Assembly (NCBI GenBank): GCA_036339735.1
Contig: JAYZAL010000004.1
Coordinates: 1-41,451, forward strand
Direction: 5' to 3'
DNA: 41,451 nucleotides
DNA from: Candidatus Poribacteria bacterium
GTDB taxonomy: Bacteria > Poribacteria > WGA-4E > UBA9662
Positions 28,123-37,852 of the stretch are shown here, in pieces (the stretch's first letter is position 1; each line of letters starts with the position of its first letter). The notes beneath the pieces are model-generated. The model had not been told where the DNA came from. It did no database searches and worked only from the letters and a program-made list of their open reading frames with translations. The position numbers were made by a program, and so were the translations under genes.

Positions 28123-29688
28123 ATGATTTTTGATCTTATTCTTCAGGGTGGAACTATAATCGATGGGACTGGTCACCAGCCAGCATTTTCTGCTGATATT
28201 GGTATTATTGGTGAACAGATCGTGGCTATAACTGATCTGAGTGAACATATTCGTTCTAATAGATACAGTCAGGTAATAGACGCAACTAATCAGGTTATTT
28301 GTCCTGGTTTTATCGATGTACATGTTCACTCAGAAATTTCTCTTCTTGGTGGTCGAGACCAATACGCAGGCATTTTGCAAGGAGTTACAACACAACTGCT
28401 CGCACCGGACGGCTTTGGGTGGTCGGGATTGAAGCCCAAAGCAGCTCGTCAATTCTGGCATTACACACAATTTGCATACGGTGAATTACCTGCCGAATTG
28501 CAAAATCTCAATTGGCCACATCCAGAAGATTATCTCGATGTATTTAGAGGACGAATACCTGCTAATGTATGTCCTCAAGTACCGCATTGTGCAGTCCGTT
28601 TAGCTGTAATGGGCTGGGAGAATCGTCCTGCTACCGTGGAAGAATTAAGTCGTATGGAACGCTTGACCGAGATCTGGATGGAAGTAGGAGCTGTAGGCAT
28701 ATGTCTCGGGTTAGATTACCAGCCAAGTGCAAACGCTGATATTAATGAGTTAGTCACGCTATGCCGGACAGTTCAATCTCATGGTGGCATTTATGCTGCT
28801 CACATCCGTTATGAACTCCTAGGTCGTACAAAGGCGTGGCAGGAAACAATTGATATTAGTCGCCAAGCTAATATACCGGTTCATATTTCACATGAACGTG
28901 TAGATTCAACCACGCGAAATATATTAGAACAAGTCGATCAAGAGAGCATTGATTTGACTTTCGAGTCCTACCTATATCCTGCTGGTATGACCCATCTGGC
29001 AATGCGTTTGCCAATGGATTTGCAAATTGGCACTCCTGCAGAGATGATCAATCGACTCCGTCAGGACAAGGCTAAGGATAGGGCTATCCGCTTTCTGGAA
29101 ACTAATTTAGAAACTGATCGATCGATTATTGGCTATACAAAATCTGGCAAGTACGTTGGTTTGCCGCTTTCCTTAGCCGCTAAAGATGCTGGCCAGCCTG
29201 TCGCTGAGTTCGCCTACAATTTAGTTGTAGAGGAAGAAGGAATCGAAACCTTAATCATGTTCTGGCCAATACCACCGAATGAAGCCGAGTCAGTATTAAA
29301 TGAAACCGCTGTCCACCCTCGAATGATGGTCGCTAGTGATGGTATATACGAAATCCCCCACCCCCATCCTAGAGGGTATGGGTGTTTTGCCCAATTTATT
29401 CGTAAGTTTGTGAGAGAAAGCAAATTGCTAACTTTGGAGCAAGCAATTTGGAAAATGAGTGGCTTCCCAGCAAAACGGTTTGGGTTAAAAGGTCGGGGGG
29501 AAATCAAAGAAGGGTCGAGTGCGGACTTAGTCGTGTTTGATCCTACCAGCATTGCTGACCGATCAACCTGGGCTGATCCAATCCAACCTGCTATTGGCTT
29601 GAATTATGTTCTAGTTAATGGAGAAATCGTTTTAGCCAAAGGAACAATTACTTCCCATTTGCCAGGACGTATTCTACGCCGATCGTAA
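28123..29688 (+). CDS. N-acyl-D-amino-acid deacylase-like amidohydrolase
   Basis: GGTIIDGTG, PGFIDVHVHS, YAAHIR, VHISH, ASDG, HPRGYG.F, ADLVVFDP, VLVNG. Confidence 0.88.
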   Translation: MIFDLILQGGTIIDGTGHQPAFSADIGIIGEQIVAITDLSEHIRSNRYSQVIDATNQVICPGFIDVHVHSEISLLGGRDQYAGILQGVTTQLLAPDGFGWSGLKPKAARQFWHYTQFAYGELPAELQNLNWPHPEDYLDVFRGRIPANVCPQVPHCAVRLAVMGWENRPATVEELSRMERLTEIWMEVGAVGICLGLDYQPSANADINELVTLCRTVQSHGGIYAAHIRYELLGRTKAWQETIDISRQANIPVHISHERVDSTTRNILEQVDQESIDLTFESYLYPAGMTHLAMRLPMDLQIGTPAEMINRLRQDKAKDRAIRFLETNLETDRSIIGYTKSGKYVGLPLSLAAKDAGQPVAEFAYNLVVEEEGIETLIMFWPIPPNEAESVLNETAVHPRMMVASDGIYEIPHPHPRGYGCFAQFIRKFVRESKLLTLEQAIWKMSGFPAKRFGLKGRGEIKEGSSADLVVFDPTSIADRSTWADPIQPAIGLNYVLVNGEIVLAKGTITSHLPGRILRRS

Positions 29689-29694
29689 GCGGAG

Positions 29695-30573
29695 CTATAG
29701 AGTAGATAACTTAAATAACCGTTGAGGTTGCGGATGACGTGTTGTAGGAATTCCATGCTCTTGGCACCATTCTTTAAGTGGGTTTCTTGTTCCACCGGGT
29801 AGAAATTCTTCTACTTCTTCAATGGGTTCACCTACTAAATACCGTTGGAGAGGAGTTAACTTGTCTAGGAAATCTGTTGCTTGAGTAACAAAGTCCATTG
29901 GTACCACCCATCTATAGCCGTAACCAATCATAATGGCTTTTCTGACGCTCGGACCACGATGAATGGCTCCAGCGTGGAACGTTCGGTTTTCGAAAATTAA
30001 GCAATCACCAGCTTTCAGGCTTGGCTCAACAGCAGTAGGAGGATCAACTTGTCCTTTTGGTAAGTTCAGGTTACCTTCCAAGTGGTTACTGCCTGCAGCA
30101 ACCATTGTCGCCCCCCTTTTCGGTTTTCTAAGATCGGTCAGATAGTAAGCACATTTGACTAGTAGGCGGGGAATGGCCGCGTTACCCATATCTCTTGTGG
30201 CTTGCAGGTAATCGCGGTGCCAACCGGGATGGCGATGTGTGTCCGGGAGGTTCGCTGGATCGGGGTATTTGTAGATAAGATGTGAAGTCATAATTTGTAA
30301 GTTTGCTCCAAGCAACTGCAGTACAACTGGTAAAATTTCTGACCAATCGATCAGGCGAATAAAGGCATCGTCTAGCGTAATCGAATTTCGAAAACTATCG
30401 TACTGATCCCCGCCTTTCTGCCGAAGTTTAGTCCGGTTACTATGGATTAATCGATCACCAGCTTCAATGAGTGTAGAAATAGTATCTTCATCTAGAACAT
30501 TTCGGATAATCAAGTATCCGTTTTGGTCAAAAAAATCAATATCTGTTTTACTAACAGCTTTGAATTCGATCAT
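29695..30573 (-). CDS. Phytanoyl-CoA dioxygenase family Fe(II)/2OG oxygenase with the canonical HxD motif
   Basis: FFDQNGYLII, WHRD, YYLTD, AGSN, AGDCLIFENRTFHAG..RK. Confidence 0.9.
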   Translation of the reverse strand: MIEFKAVSKTDIDFFDQNGYLIIRNVLDEDTISTLIEAGDRLIHSNRTKLRQKGGDQYDSFRNSITLDDAFIRLIDWSEILPVVLQLLGANLQIMTSHLIYKYPDPANLPDTHRHPGWHRDYLQATRDMGNAAIPRLLVKCAYYLTDLRKPKRGATMVAAGSNHLEGNLNLPKGQVDPPTAVEPSLKAGDCLIFENRTFHAGAIHRGPSVRKAIMIGYGYRWVVPMDFVTQATDFLDKLTPLQRYLVGEPIEEVEEFLPGGTRNPLKEWCQEHGIPTTRHPQPQRLFKLSTL

Positions 30574-30670
30574 AATTCTTATCTCTTTTTGGCTTTTTGC
30601 ATTCTAATAAGAATGTAAGAAATTTGGTAGCACTATTACTGTAATTTAATATAAGACAAAATCAAATTAT

Positions 30671-31456
30671 TTATCTTTTGAGAGTGGCCCATTTAGTAGC
30701 TAGTTTTTCTCTAGACTCTACGACGAAAAAGACGCCCTTCTGCATATCTGATTTAATTTCATCTGTAGTTAGTGCACGATCATAAATTGCTACCTCGTCA
30801 ATTCTTCCGACTATGCCAGGCAGACCGGTTTGAGCTTTTCCTATATGAAGCTCAACTTTTTGGCTAGTGATTTCCCTACCTGGAATTTTCAAAGAGGCAT
30901 CAAGTTTTCCATTCACGTATTGTTTGATTTCATTTCCATCATACATCGCTACTACATGGTGCCATTTTTCCAGCCTAGGTTCAGTCTTTTGTAAATTACG
31001 GGTTCCTTGCCATACTGGTAGCCCGATCCAAGTTTCAATTTTGGCTGCAGCCCCTAAACTACTCCATTGCATGCAGTAACCACCCACATTAGCAGCGGTT
31101 CGTCGGCCTATCACATTGGAATCTTTTTGATTCACTAAAGGAAAAATCCAAGCTGCTATAGTAATAGATTTAGTAATATTAAGTTCGTCAGTTGCAGGTA
31201 ACTGAACTAAGGAATTTGAGTCTTCTAAAGAAAGGGCTCCACCAAACTTACCATTTTTCACAAATTTGGCGTTTCCGCTTAGTTTTCCTCTTAACCCGCT
31301 TTTACTATGATCTTTAGCTATTTTACCTTTCTCTTCATCAAATGCTAAATAAAGCTTTAGGGATGAATCATTATTGAGGGCAATGCTATCAGACAAGAGA
31401 ATAACTAAAATTAATAAAAAGCAAAGCATTATCAGCCAAAAATATCTCTTAACCAT
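30671..31456 (-). CDS. Secreted LamG/concanavalin A-like domain protein with a C-terminal KLATKW motif
   Basis: Signal peptide, LYLAFDE..G..AKDHS, GKFGGAL, TIAAWI, WHHVV..YDG..YVNG, IDEVAIYDRALT; ends VVESREKLATKWATLKR. Confidence 0.9.
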   Translation of the reverse strand: MVKRYFWLIMLCFLLILVILLSDSIALNNDSSLKLYLAFDEEKGKIAKDHSKSGLRGKLSGNAKFVKNGKFGGALSLEDSNSLVQLPATDELNITKSITIAAWIFPLVNQKDSNVIGRRTAANVGGYCMQWSSLGAAAKIETWIGLPVWQGTRNLQKTEPRLEKWHHVVAMYDGNEIKQYVNGKLDASLKIPGREITSQKVELHIGKAQTGLPGIVGRIDEVAIYDRALTTDEIKSDMQKGVFFVVESREKLATKWATLKR

Positions 31457-31744
31457 TAGCTATTCCCTTGAGATATACAGAAATTTATACCGACCCTATA
31501 GTAACTAATCAGCATAAATTTATCTTATTCTTATGTTTTTAGGATTGGTTGTCAAGTTTTAGATCTGATCTGTAGTAAGTTTCTTTTTCCTTTCGAATAA
31601 TCTGTGATAGGATTACGTGGGGTTACGCAATGACGAATTAGAATTAATGATGTTGTTATCAATCCCCTAATATAGGATAAGCGTTTGGTATGATTACATC
31701 AGCCAAATACAAAACTTCCAACTTTTTTATCTGTAAGAAATGGA

Positions 31745-32761
31745 ATGATCGCAGCTACCTTTATTAAACCTTACTCGATCAAGCCGCTACCATTCAAAAT
31801 TGGTAAGCCTAATTTTGGAGAAGTCTTGGTTAAAGTTCATAAGGCAGGAATTTGTGGGTCAGACCTAGCAATTGTTTCAGGACAACATCCGAGGGCTCGG
31901 CCACCGATGGTGGTTGGCCATGAGTTTTCCGGTGAGGTAGTTGAACTTGGTAATAACGACGATAATCATCTCCAGATCGGCAGCCGGGTTACGGTGTTTC
32001 CTCTACTGGTTTGTGGTAGTTGTTACGCTTGCAGAAACAAGTTTAGTCATGTTTGTTCTACACTTCGTTTGATTGGATTTGATCGGGCTGGTGGTATGGC
32101 GCAGTATGTGACAGTACCGACGGATCTGATCGTTCCACTTCCCGACACCATTGATTATGAGATTGGTGCTCTAATTGAGCCACTAGCTGTCTGTATTCAT
32201 GCAATCAGCATGTCAAAAGTTCAAGTCAATGATACCGTTTTTATTTTGGGTGCGGGCCCAATAGGTTTACTGACTGCTATGCTTTTGCAGCAGAAAGGTA
32301 TTAAAAGACTATATATTAGCGACATCGATTCATTCCGGTTAAACATTGCCCGAGATTTAGGAGTCAACGCCTTGAATAGCAATGATAGCGATATTTTGTG
32401 TTTTGCCGATGAACAAACCAAGGGTAATCTAGCTGATATGGTTTTTGAGGTAGCTGGAGTTCAGTCAACCGCCGACCAAATGACTAAATTAGTACGCCCA
32501 AGAGGGTCTATAATCAACGTTAGTGTGTTCAAAAAAGCGCCTGTAGTCGATATGCGGGCAGTGAATTTCAAAGAGTTACGAGTTATCGGAACTAGAGTAT
32601 ATACAAGGGAAGACTACAAAAAAGCTCTCCGGATTGCTCCAGATTTGCCCCTAGATAAAATTATCACGCATCGCCTACCATTGACAGAGGTGGAATCAGC
32701 ATTTGAAGTTGTCTTTAAACAAAAACAAGTTTGTAAAATATTGTTAGACTGCTCAACTTAG
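31745..32761 (+). CDS. Zinc-dependent sugar-alcohol/threonine-type dehydrogenase
   Basis: GICGSD, GHEFSG, CGSCYAC..C, EPLAV, GAGPIG. Confidence 0.92.
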   Translation: MIAATFIKPYSIKPLPFKIGKPNFGEVLVKVHKAGICGSDLAIVSGQHPRARPPMVVGHEFSGEVVELGNNDDNHLQIGSRVTVFPLLVCGSCYACRNKFSHVCSTLRLIGFDRAGGMAQYVTVPTDLIVPLPDTIDYEIGALIEPLAVCIHAISMSKVQVNDTVFILGAGPIGLLTAMLLQQKGIKRLYISDIDSFRLNIARDLGVNALNSNDSDILCFADEQTKGNLADMVFEVAGVQSTADQMTKLVRPRGSIINVSVFKKAPVVDMRAVNFKELRVIGTRVYTREDYKKALRIAPDLPLDKIITHRLPLTEVESAFEVVFKQKQVCKILLDCST

Positions 32762-32785
32762 AAAAAGCAAAGGTGTACTGATCTG

Positions 32786-33976
32786 ATGAATTCACCATTA
32801 AAGATTGCCGCCGTAATAACAGCTTATTACCCACGTTCACACGCTGATGTGATTGCTACCAAGTTTATGGTTGGTTTTCCTACCGATACAGGCCTGATAC
32901 TGCCGCAAACACACTTAGCTTCAATGTACATAGACCAGAAGCACCCGAACGATATGGGTTTTGAATTGTCTGACCAACATGACGTGCCAATTTATCCAAG
33001 TGTCGTTCAAGCATTAACGCTTGATAGTAGTGAGTTAGCAGTTGATGGTGTGTTGTTGATTGGTGAACATGGGAACTACGCATATAATGAATTAGGACAG
33101 CATCTTTATCCACGTCGTTATCTATTTGAACAAATTTGCGGAGTTTTTGCCACTAGTGGTAGATCAGTTCCAGTTTTTTGTGACAAACACTTATCATATA
33201 ATTGGTCGGATGCAAGTTGGATGTATCAACGTGCTAAGGCTCTAAAAGTTCCGTTAATGGCTGGATCATCTTTGCCTCTGTGTTGGCGGGACCCATACTT
33301 AGAACACCCAAAAGAAACGCCAATTGCGAGTGCATTAACGATTGGGTATGGTGGTATAGAATCTTATGGCTTCCATGCATTAGAAGCGATACAATGTATG
33401 GTAGAGCGTCGTATAGGTGGTGAGATAGGGGTAGTTTCAGTCCAAACATTAAGTGGTTCCAACGTCTGGGAGGCCGGCAACCAAGGATTATGGGACTTAG
33501 AGTTGGCTCGATCAGCTAGTAAAACAATCGAGAGCCACAATGAAGGCACATTAGAGTCAACAACTGACCCCACCCTATTTTTGATAGAGCATCGGGATGG
33601 ACTCAAATCTGCGGTTCTGATGCTAAGTACTATTGGCTTTGCTTATGCTTGCCGAGTTGGATCTGAAATTCAGGCAACAGAGTTCTATTTGCAAGAAGAT
33701 AATCCCTATAGTCATTTTAGTTATCTAGGTCTCAATATTGAACAAATGTTTTTATCCAACAAGCCTCAGTACCCGGCTGAGCGGACCGTACTAACGACTG
33801 GTATCTTAGACATGGCTATTCAATCTCTACACCGTGGAGGTATACGTCTTGAGACGCCGCACTTATCTCATTTGAGTTACCAGTCATATGAAAAACTTCC
33901 TCTTCGGCCTGTAGGTCCACGCCCAAGAGGTGCTACTCTTGAGACTTGGCCTCCAACTTATAAATCTAGTTGTTAG
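32786..33976 (+). CDS. Conserved hypothetical protein, probably a remote Gfo/Idh/MocA-fold relative
   Basis: SHADVI, VDGVLLIGEHG, PVFCDKHL, PLMAGSS, YGFHALE are laid out like Gfo/Idh/MocA elements; no GxGxxG. Confidence 0.65.
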   Translation: MNSPLKIAAVITAYYPRSHADVIATKFMVGFPTDTGLILPQTHLASMYIDQKHPNDMGFELSDQHDVPIYPSVVQALTLDSSELAVDGVLLIGEHGNYAYNELGQHLYPRRYLFEQICGVFATSGRSVPVFCDKHLSYNWSDASWMYQRAKALKVPLMAGSSLPLCWRDPYLEHPKETPIASALTIGYGGIESYGFHALEAIQCMVERRIGGEIGVVSVQTLSGSNVWEAGNQGLWDLELARSASKTIESHNEGTLESTTDPTLFLIEHRDGLKSAVLMLSTIGFAYACRVGSEIQATEFYLQEDNPYSHFSYLGLNIEQMFLSNKPQYPAERTVLTTGILDMAIQSLHRGGIRLETPHLSHLSYQSYEKLPLRPVGPRPRGATLETWPPTYKSSC

Positions 33977-33982
33977 AGACTT

Positions 33983-34384
33983 ATGTTGCAAACTTTAGCT
34001 CCAGTTGCCCTCGTATTACTGCCAATATTAGTCTTCATGATATACGTTTGGTGGTCTCGAAGGTCCCAGTTGAAATCCCCCAGAACTGAGAAACTATCTG
34101 GCCAGAAATTGCAAATTGACGGCCGAGTAACACAAATCGAAAGAGAATTACTGATAGATAATGGTCAGTCCTATCCTCGTTATCGCTTGTCATATGATTG
34201 TTGTGATGGGATTGTGCGTTTTTCCATCTGGCATTACGAAATCGATGACCCTTTAGCTGTACTAATCAGCTTAGAAAAAGTACAAGAAGGGTCGACAGGC
34301 ATAGTTATGGTTCACCAGGATCAGGAAAGGGATGTCGCAACCGGGTTTCGTGTAGGCTTAACTACCCAAGTTAAGATAAACTAA
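33983..34384 (+). CDS. Small protein with an N-terminal membrane anchor, function unknown
   Basis: N-terminal TM helix followed by RR; 6 bp from the preceding gene; fills the gap before accC. Confidence 0.65.
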   Translation: MLQTLAPVALVLLPILVFMIYVWWSRRSQLKSPRTEKLSGQKLQIDGRVTQIERELLIDNGQSYPRYRLSYDCCDGIVRFSIWHYEIDDPLAVLISLEKVQEGSTGIVMVHQDQERDVATGFRVGLTTQVKIN

Positions 34385-34402
34385 GCTTAGGTATTAGTTT
34401 AT
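34376..34402. terminator. AT-rich 9-bp inverted repeat covering both convergent stop codons
   Basis: ATAAACTAA (34376-34384) and TTAGTTTAT (34394-34402). Confidence 0.3.
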
Positions 34403-35766
34403 AAGTTGTCTAGAAAATTCGTATAAACAGTGCCATTAAGAAAACGGTTATCTTGCATAATCCGTTGATGTAAGGGCGTGGTAGTTTTAATTCCTTCAAT
34501 TGTCAGCTCACTCAAGGCGCGACTCATCCGAGCAATAGCTTCCGAACGATCATCTCCGTAGGCAATCAACTTACCAATCAGTGAGTCGTAATAAGGTGGA
34601 ATGGTATATCCTGTATAGATGTGTGTGTCCATTCGAATACCAATACCACCAGGTAGTAAACAGCGTTGTATGACACCGGGAGATGGAGCAAAATTATTAT
34701 CAGGATCTTCGGCATTGATTCGGCATTCGATCGCATGACCTGTGAATTTGATATTTGATTGGGAGTACATCAATTTTTCTCCACTGGCTAAGCGAATTTG
34801 CGCCTTAACCAAATCAATCCCAGTAATCATTTCACTAATGGTATGCTCGACTTGAATTCGTGTATTCATCTCTAAAAAGTAAAAATTGTCATTTTCGTCA
34901 ACAACAAACTCAACTGTTCCTGCATTACGAAACCGAATGGAACGACACGCTTTGAGAGCAGCTTTCCAGATTTCAGTTCTGACTTTTTCAGGTAAAGATG
35001 GGGAAGTCGCTTCTTCGACTAACTTTTGTCGCTTACGTTGAATTGAGCACTCTCGATCGCCGAGATGGACGATATTACCGTGATTATCACCTAAAACCTG
35101 AACTTCAACGTGTCTAGCATTTTGAATCCATTTTTCAACATATACATCTCCGTTGCCAAAAGCAGCTTCAGCTTCCGATTTAGCAGTGTGGAAAAGATTC
35201 TGTAAGCTTTTGCTATTCTGAGCAATTCGGATGCCACGACCGCCACCACCAGCAACTGCTTTGATTCCAATTGGGTAGCCAATCTGCTCAGCGATCTTGG
35301 TTGCTTCCTCAACTGTTTCTATGACACCCCGCTTCTTATTCCGCCGGTTACGAAAGCTATTGCGGCTACCCGGAACTAGTTTTAGACCTGCTTTGGTTGC
35401 AACTGCGCGAGCCTCCGCTTTATTTCCCATGTGTCTTAGGTGGTCGACTGAAGGACCTATGAAACTGATATTATGGGCTTCGCAAATTTCTGCAAATTGT
35501 GCATCCTCAGATAGGAAGCCCGCTCCAGGGTGGATTGCATCGGCCCCTGCAATTTCAGCAATGGTTATAATATTGAAGGCTTTCAGATAACTAGATGAAG
35601 GGAGTGGTGCACCAATACAGTAAGCTTCGTCGGCATACTGAACGTGCAAAGATTCTCTGTCTGCAGTAGAATAAATAGCTACAGTCTTAATCCCCAAGTC
35701 CTTGCAAGCACGCATAACTCGCAGAGCAATCTCACCTCGGTTAGCAATCAGCACCTTTTTGAACAT
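34399..35766 (-). CDS. accC: Acetyl-CoA carboxylase, biotin carboxylase subunit
   Basis: KVLIANRGEIA, GGGGRG, ECSIQR, FLEMNTRIQVEH, ECRINAED, YDSLIGK. Confidence 0.97.
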   Translation of the reverse strand: MFKKVLIANRGEIALRVMRACKDLGIKTVAIYSTADRESLHVQYADEAYCIGAPLPSSSYLKAFNIITIAEIAGADAIHPGAGFLSEDAQFAEICEAHNISFIGPSVDHLRHMGNKAEARAVATKAGLKLVPGSRNSFRNRRNKKRGVIETVEEATKIAEQIGYPIGIKAVAGGGGRGIRIAQNSKSLQNLFHTAKSEAEAAFGNGDVYVEKWIQNARHVEVQVLGDNHGNIVHLGDRECSIQRKRQKLVEEATSPSLPEKVRTEIWKAALKACRSIRFRNAGTVEFVVDENDNFYFLEMNTRIQVEHTISEMITGIDLVKAQIRLASGEKLMYSQSNIKFTGHAIECRINAEDPDNNFAPSPGVIQRCLLPGGIGIRMDTHIYTGYTIPPYYDSLIGKLIAYGDDRSEAIARMSRALSELTIEGIKTTTPLHQRIMQDNRFLNGTVYTNFLDNL

Positions 35767-35783
35767 TTCTCACTCACCTGCGG

Positions 35784-36272
35784 CTAAATTTTTTTGATTC
35801 TGAATAAGGGTTGGTCAAACTCAACTGGTTCACCATTGCTACCTAAGATCTCCAATATTTCACAATCAACCTCAGCTTTAACCTCGTTAAAAATTTTCAT
35901 GGCCTCAATTAGACAGATTGTATCGCCAATCGAGACTGTATCACCAACTTGAACAAAGGGCGGGTCCTCTGGCGATGGTGCACAATAAAACATACCGGGC
36001 ATTGGGGACGGAATAGAGTTTTCCGCAGTAATAATAGCCTCAGATGATTCTAAATTACTTTCATTTGATTGTTCGATGTTTAGAGGAGGAACTAACTCTT
36101 GATTGATTGTCGGATTAGTAGTAGCTAAGGGTATATCTCGTCGAACTCGGATTGAAATTTCACCCTGACTTACTTCAACTTCAGACAACCCCCTCTCTTC
36201 CATTAAATCACAAATTTGCTCAACATATTGAATAGGTAGGGTAGATTTGGTTCGATTCACTTTTCCCATCAT
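35784..36272 (-). CDS. accB: Biotin carboxyl carrier protein
   Basis: SPMPGMFY.APSP, IEAMKIFNE biotinylation motif; next to accC. Confidence 0.96.
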   Translation of the reverse strand: MMGKVNRTKSTLPIQYVEQICDLMEERGLSEVEVSQGEISIRVRRDIPLATTNPTINQELVPPLNIEQSNESNLESSEAIITAENSIPSPMPGMFYCAPSPEDPPFVQVGDTVSIGDTICLIEAMKIFNEVKAEVDCEILEILGSNGEPVEFDQPLFRIKKI

Positions 36273-36296
36273 TATTTCTCGATTTTATTTAAACTA

Positions 36297-36854
36297 TTAG
36301 GCACGCTCAACATAGCTACCATCACGGGTGTCAACTTTTATCATAGTCTGATTTTCGACGAATAAAGGAACTTGTACTACAGCGCCAGTTTCCAGCTTGG
36401 CTGGCTTTGTACCGCCACTAACGGTATCCCCTCGTAGCCCTGGATCAGTCTCTACGATTTGTAAAACGACAAAAATTGGCAATTCAATGGTAATGGGTAT
36501 ATCACCATCCATTTTAACTGTGACATTCTCTCCTTCCTTCAGGTACAGATTGGCTTCACCGATTAATTCAGTCGAGAGATCGACTTCCTCATAGCTCTCA
36601 TTATCCATAAAAGCGTAATTATTACCATCAGTATACATATACTGCATTTCACGACCTTCTAAGCGGACAGCTTCGACTGTTTCATTAGAGCGAAAGGTAC
36701 GATCTAAAACTGCACCATCTACTACTCGTTTAATTTTTGTACGAGCAAAAGCGCTACCTTTCCCAGGCTTAACATGCTCACAGTTAGTGATAGTATAGAG
36801 CGTGTCGTTGAGTCGAATGACAAGTCCGTTCCTTAAGTCATTGAGTGATGCCAT
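36297..36854 (-). CDS. efp: Elongation factor P
   Basis: HVKPGKGSAF, TDPGLRGDT, KPAKLETG, VPLFV, VDTR. Confidence 0.98.
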   Translation of the reverse strand: MASLNDLRNGLVIRLNDTLYTITNCEHVKPGKGSAFARTKIKRVVDGAVLDRTFRSNETVEAVRLEGREMQYMYTDGNNYAFMDNESYEEVDLSTELIGEANLYLKEGENVTVKMDGDIPITIELPIFVVLQIVETDPGLRGDTVSGGTKPAKLETGAVVQVPLFVENQTMIKVDTRDGSYVERA

Positions 36855-36949
36855 AAATATTTCGTAGGCTACATACCACCTGATGCGCTGTAGCCACTCC
36901 TTGGTTTGAGGCTGTAGTTAAATAATAATGGAAAACATTTTAGACTTTA

Positions 36950-37828
36950 CTAGATTAATGAGCCTACCGCTTGCCGAATTGCTTGTTCTTGATTCACTGT
37001 TGTTACCGGCATGGGAGAACGTGGCCGCCCCGCGATTCGGCCTTGTAATTCCATAGTAAATTTGACATTTGCTGGCAAATTATCACCAGAAATGGCATTC
37101 CAAATTGGTAGCAGTTGCTCGTGCAGTTGGAGTGCTTTTTGGTGGTTGCCAGCTTGAACTGCATCCCACAACTCCACCGAAGTTTTTGGTACCGCTGTTA
37201 GAATAGCAGCAATCGCTCCATGTGCGCCGAGCATAAAAGAAGGGTACATCAAAGCATCCACGGCCGACATGATTGTGGCTTCTTCTCCTACCAGCAATAG
37301 CAAGTCAGCTAAAAGCTTCATGTCTTCAGCACTCTGCTTGACACCAATGACTCCATCGACTTCCCTGATGATACGTGCCAATAGTGGGGGAGACAAATAG
37401 CTCCACGGTACAACGTTGTAAATAATTACTGGTAAGTTGGTCTGTCTAGCTATCTGATCAAAATGCCTGACAGTTGAATCATCGTCAGGTCGAAACAAAT
37501 AATGGACAGGTGTAACTTGCAAGGCTGCGACACCAAGGTCAGCTAGTGCTTTCCCTCTTTCAATAGCTGATTGAGTACTGTCGGTAATGATTCCAGTAAT
37601 AACAGGTACTCGGCCATCAGCAGCATTAACTGCTACTGCTGAAATTTGTTTTGTTTCGTCTGTAGTTAAGGTATGTCCTTCACCGGTACTACCACAAACA
37701 GCGAGTCCATGTACCTCAGCTGTCTCAATCAAATAATTTACATCTAGTTCAAGTGCTGACTCATCCACTTGTTGATCTTCCGTAAATGGCGTAACCATTG
37801 GTGGTACTATACCGTGTATTTTTGCCAT
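36950..37828 (-). CDS. DapA/N-acetylneuraminate lyase family aldolase (probably not a true DapA)
   Basis: VTPF, GSTGE, IYNV, GVKQS Schiff-base Lys; YNVVPWS replaces the DapA YNVPxRT. Confidence 0.85.
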   Translation of the reverse strand: MAKIHGIVPPMVTPFTEDQQVDESALELDVNYLIETAEVHGLAVCGSTGEGHTLTTDETKQISAVAVNAADGRVPVITGIITDSTQSAIERGKALADLGVAALQVTPVHYLFRPDDDSTVRHFDQIARQTNLPVIIYNVVPWSYLSPPLLARIIREVDGVIGVKQSAEDMKLLADLLLLVGEEATIMSAVDALMYPSFMLGAHGAIAAILTAVPKTSVELWDAVQAGNHQKALQLHEQLLPIWNAISGDNLPANVKFTMELQGRIAGRPRSPMPVTTVNQEQAIRQAVGSLI

Positions 37829-37852
37829 TGCATTTCCTTTTAGTACTTTGTT

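Noticed and set aside
28390-28420. Amidohydrolase has APDG instead of the GNCG metal-binding Cys
   Set aside because: Asp at this position is a common variant in the family and says little alone.
29214-29552. Remaining 60-120 aa overlapping ORFs in the track (also 12732-13067, 13566-13919, 27312-27656, 35297-35590 and others)
   Set aside because: They are nested in or antisense to confident genes and show no motifs.
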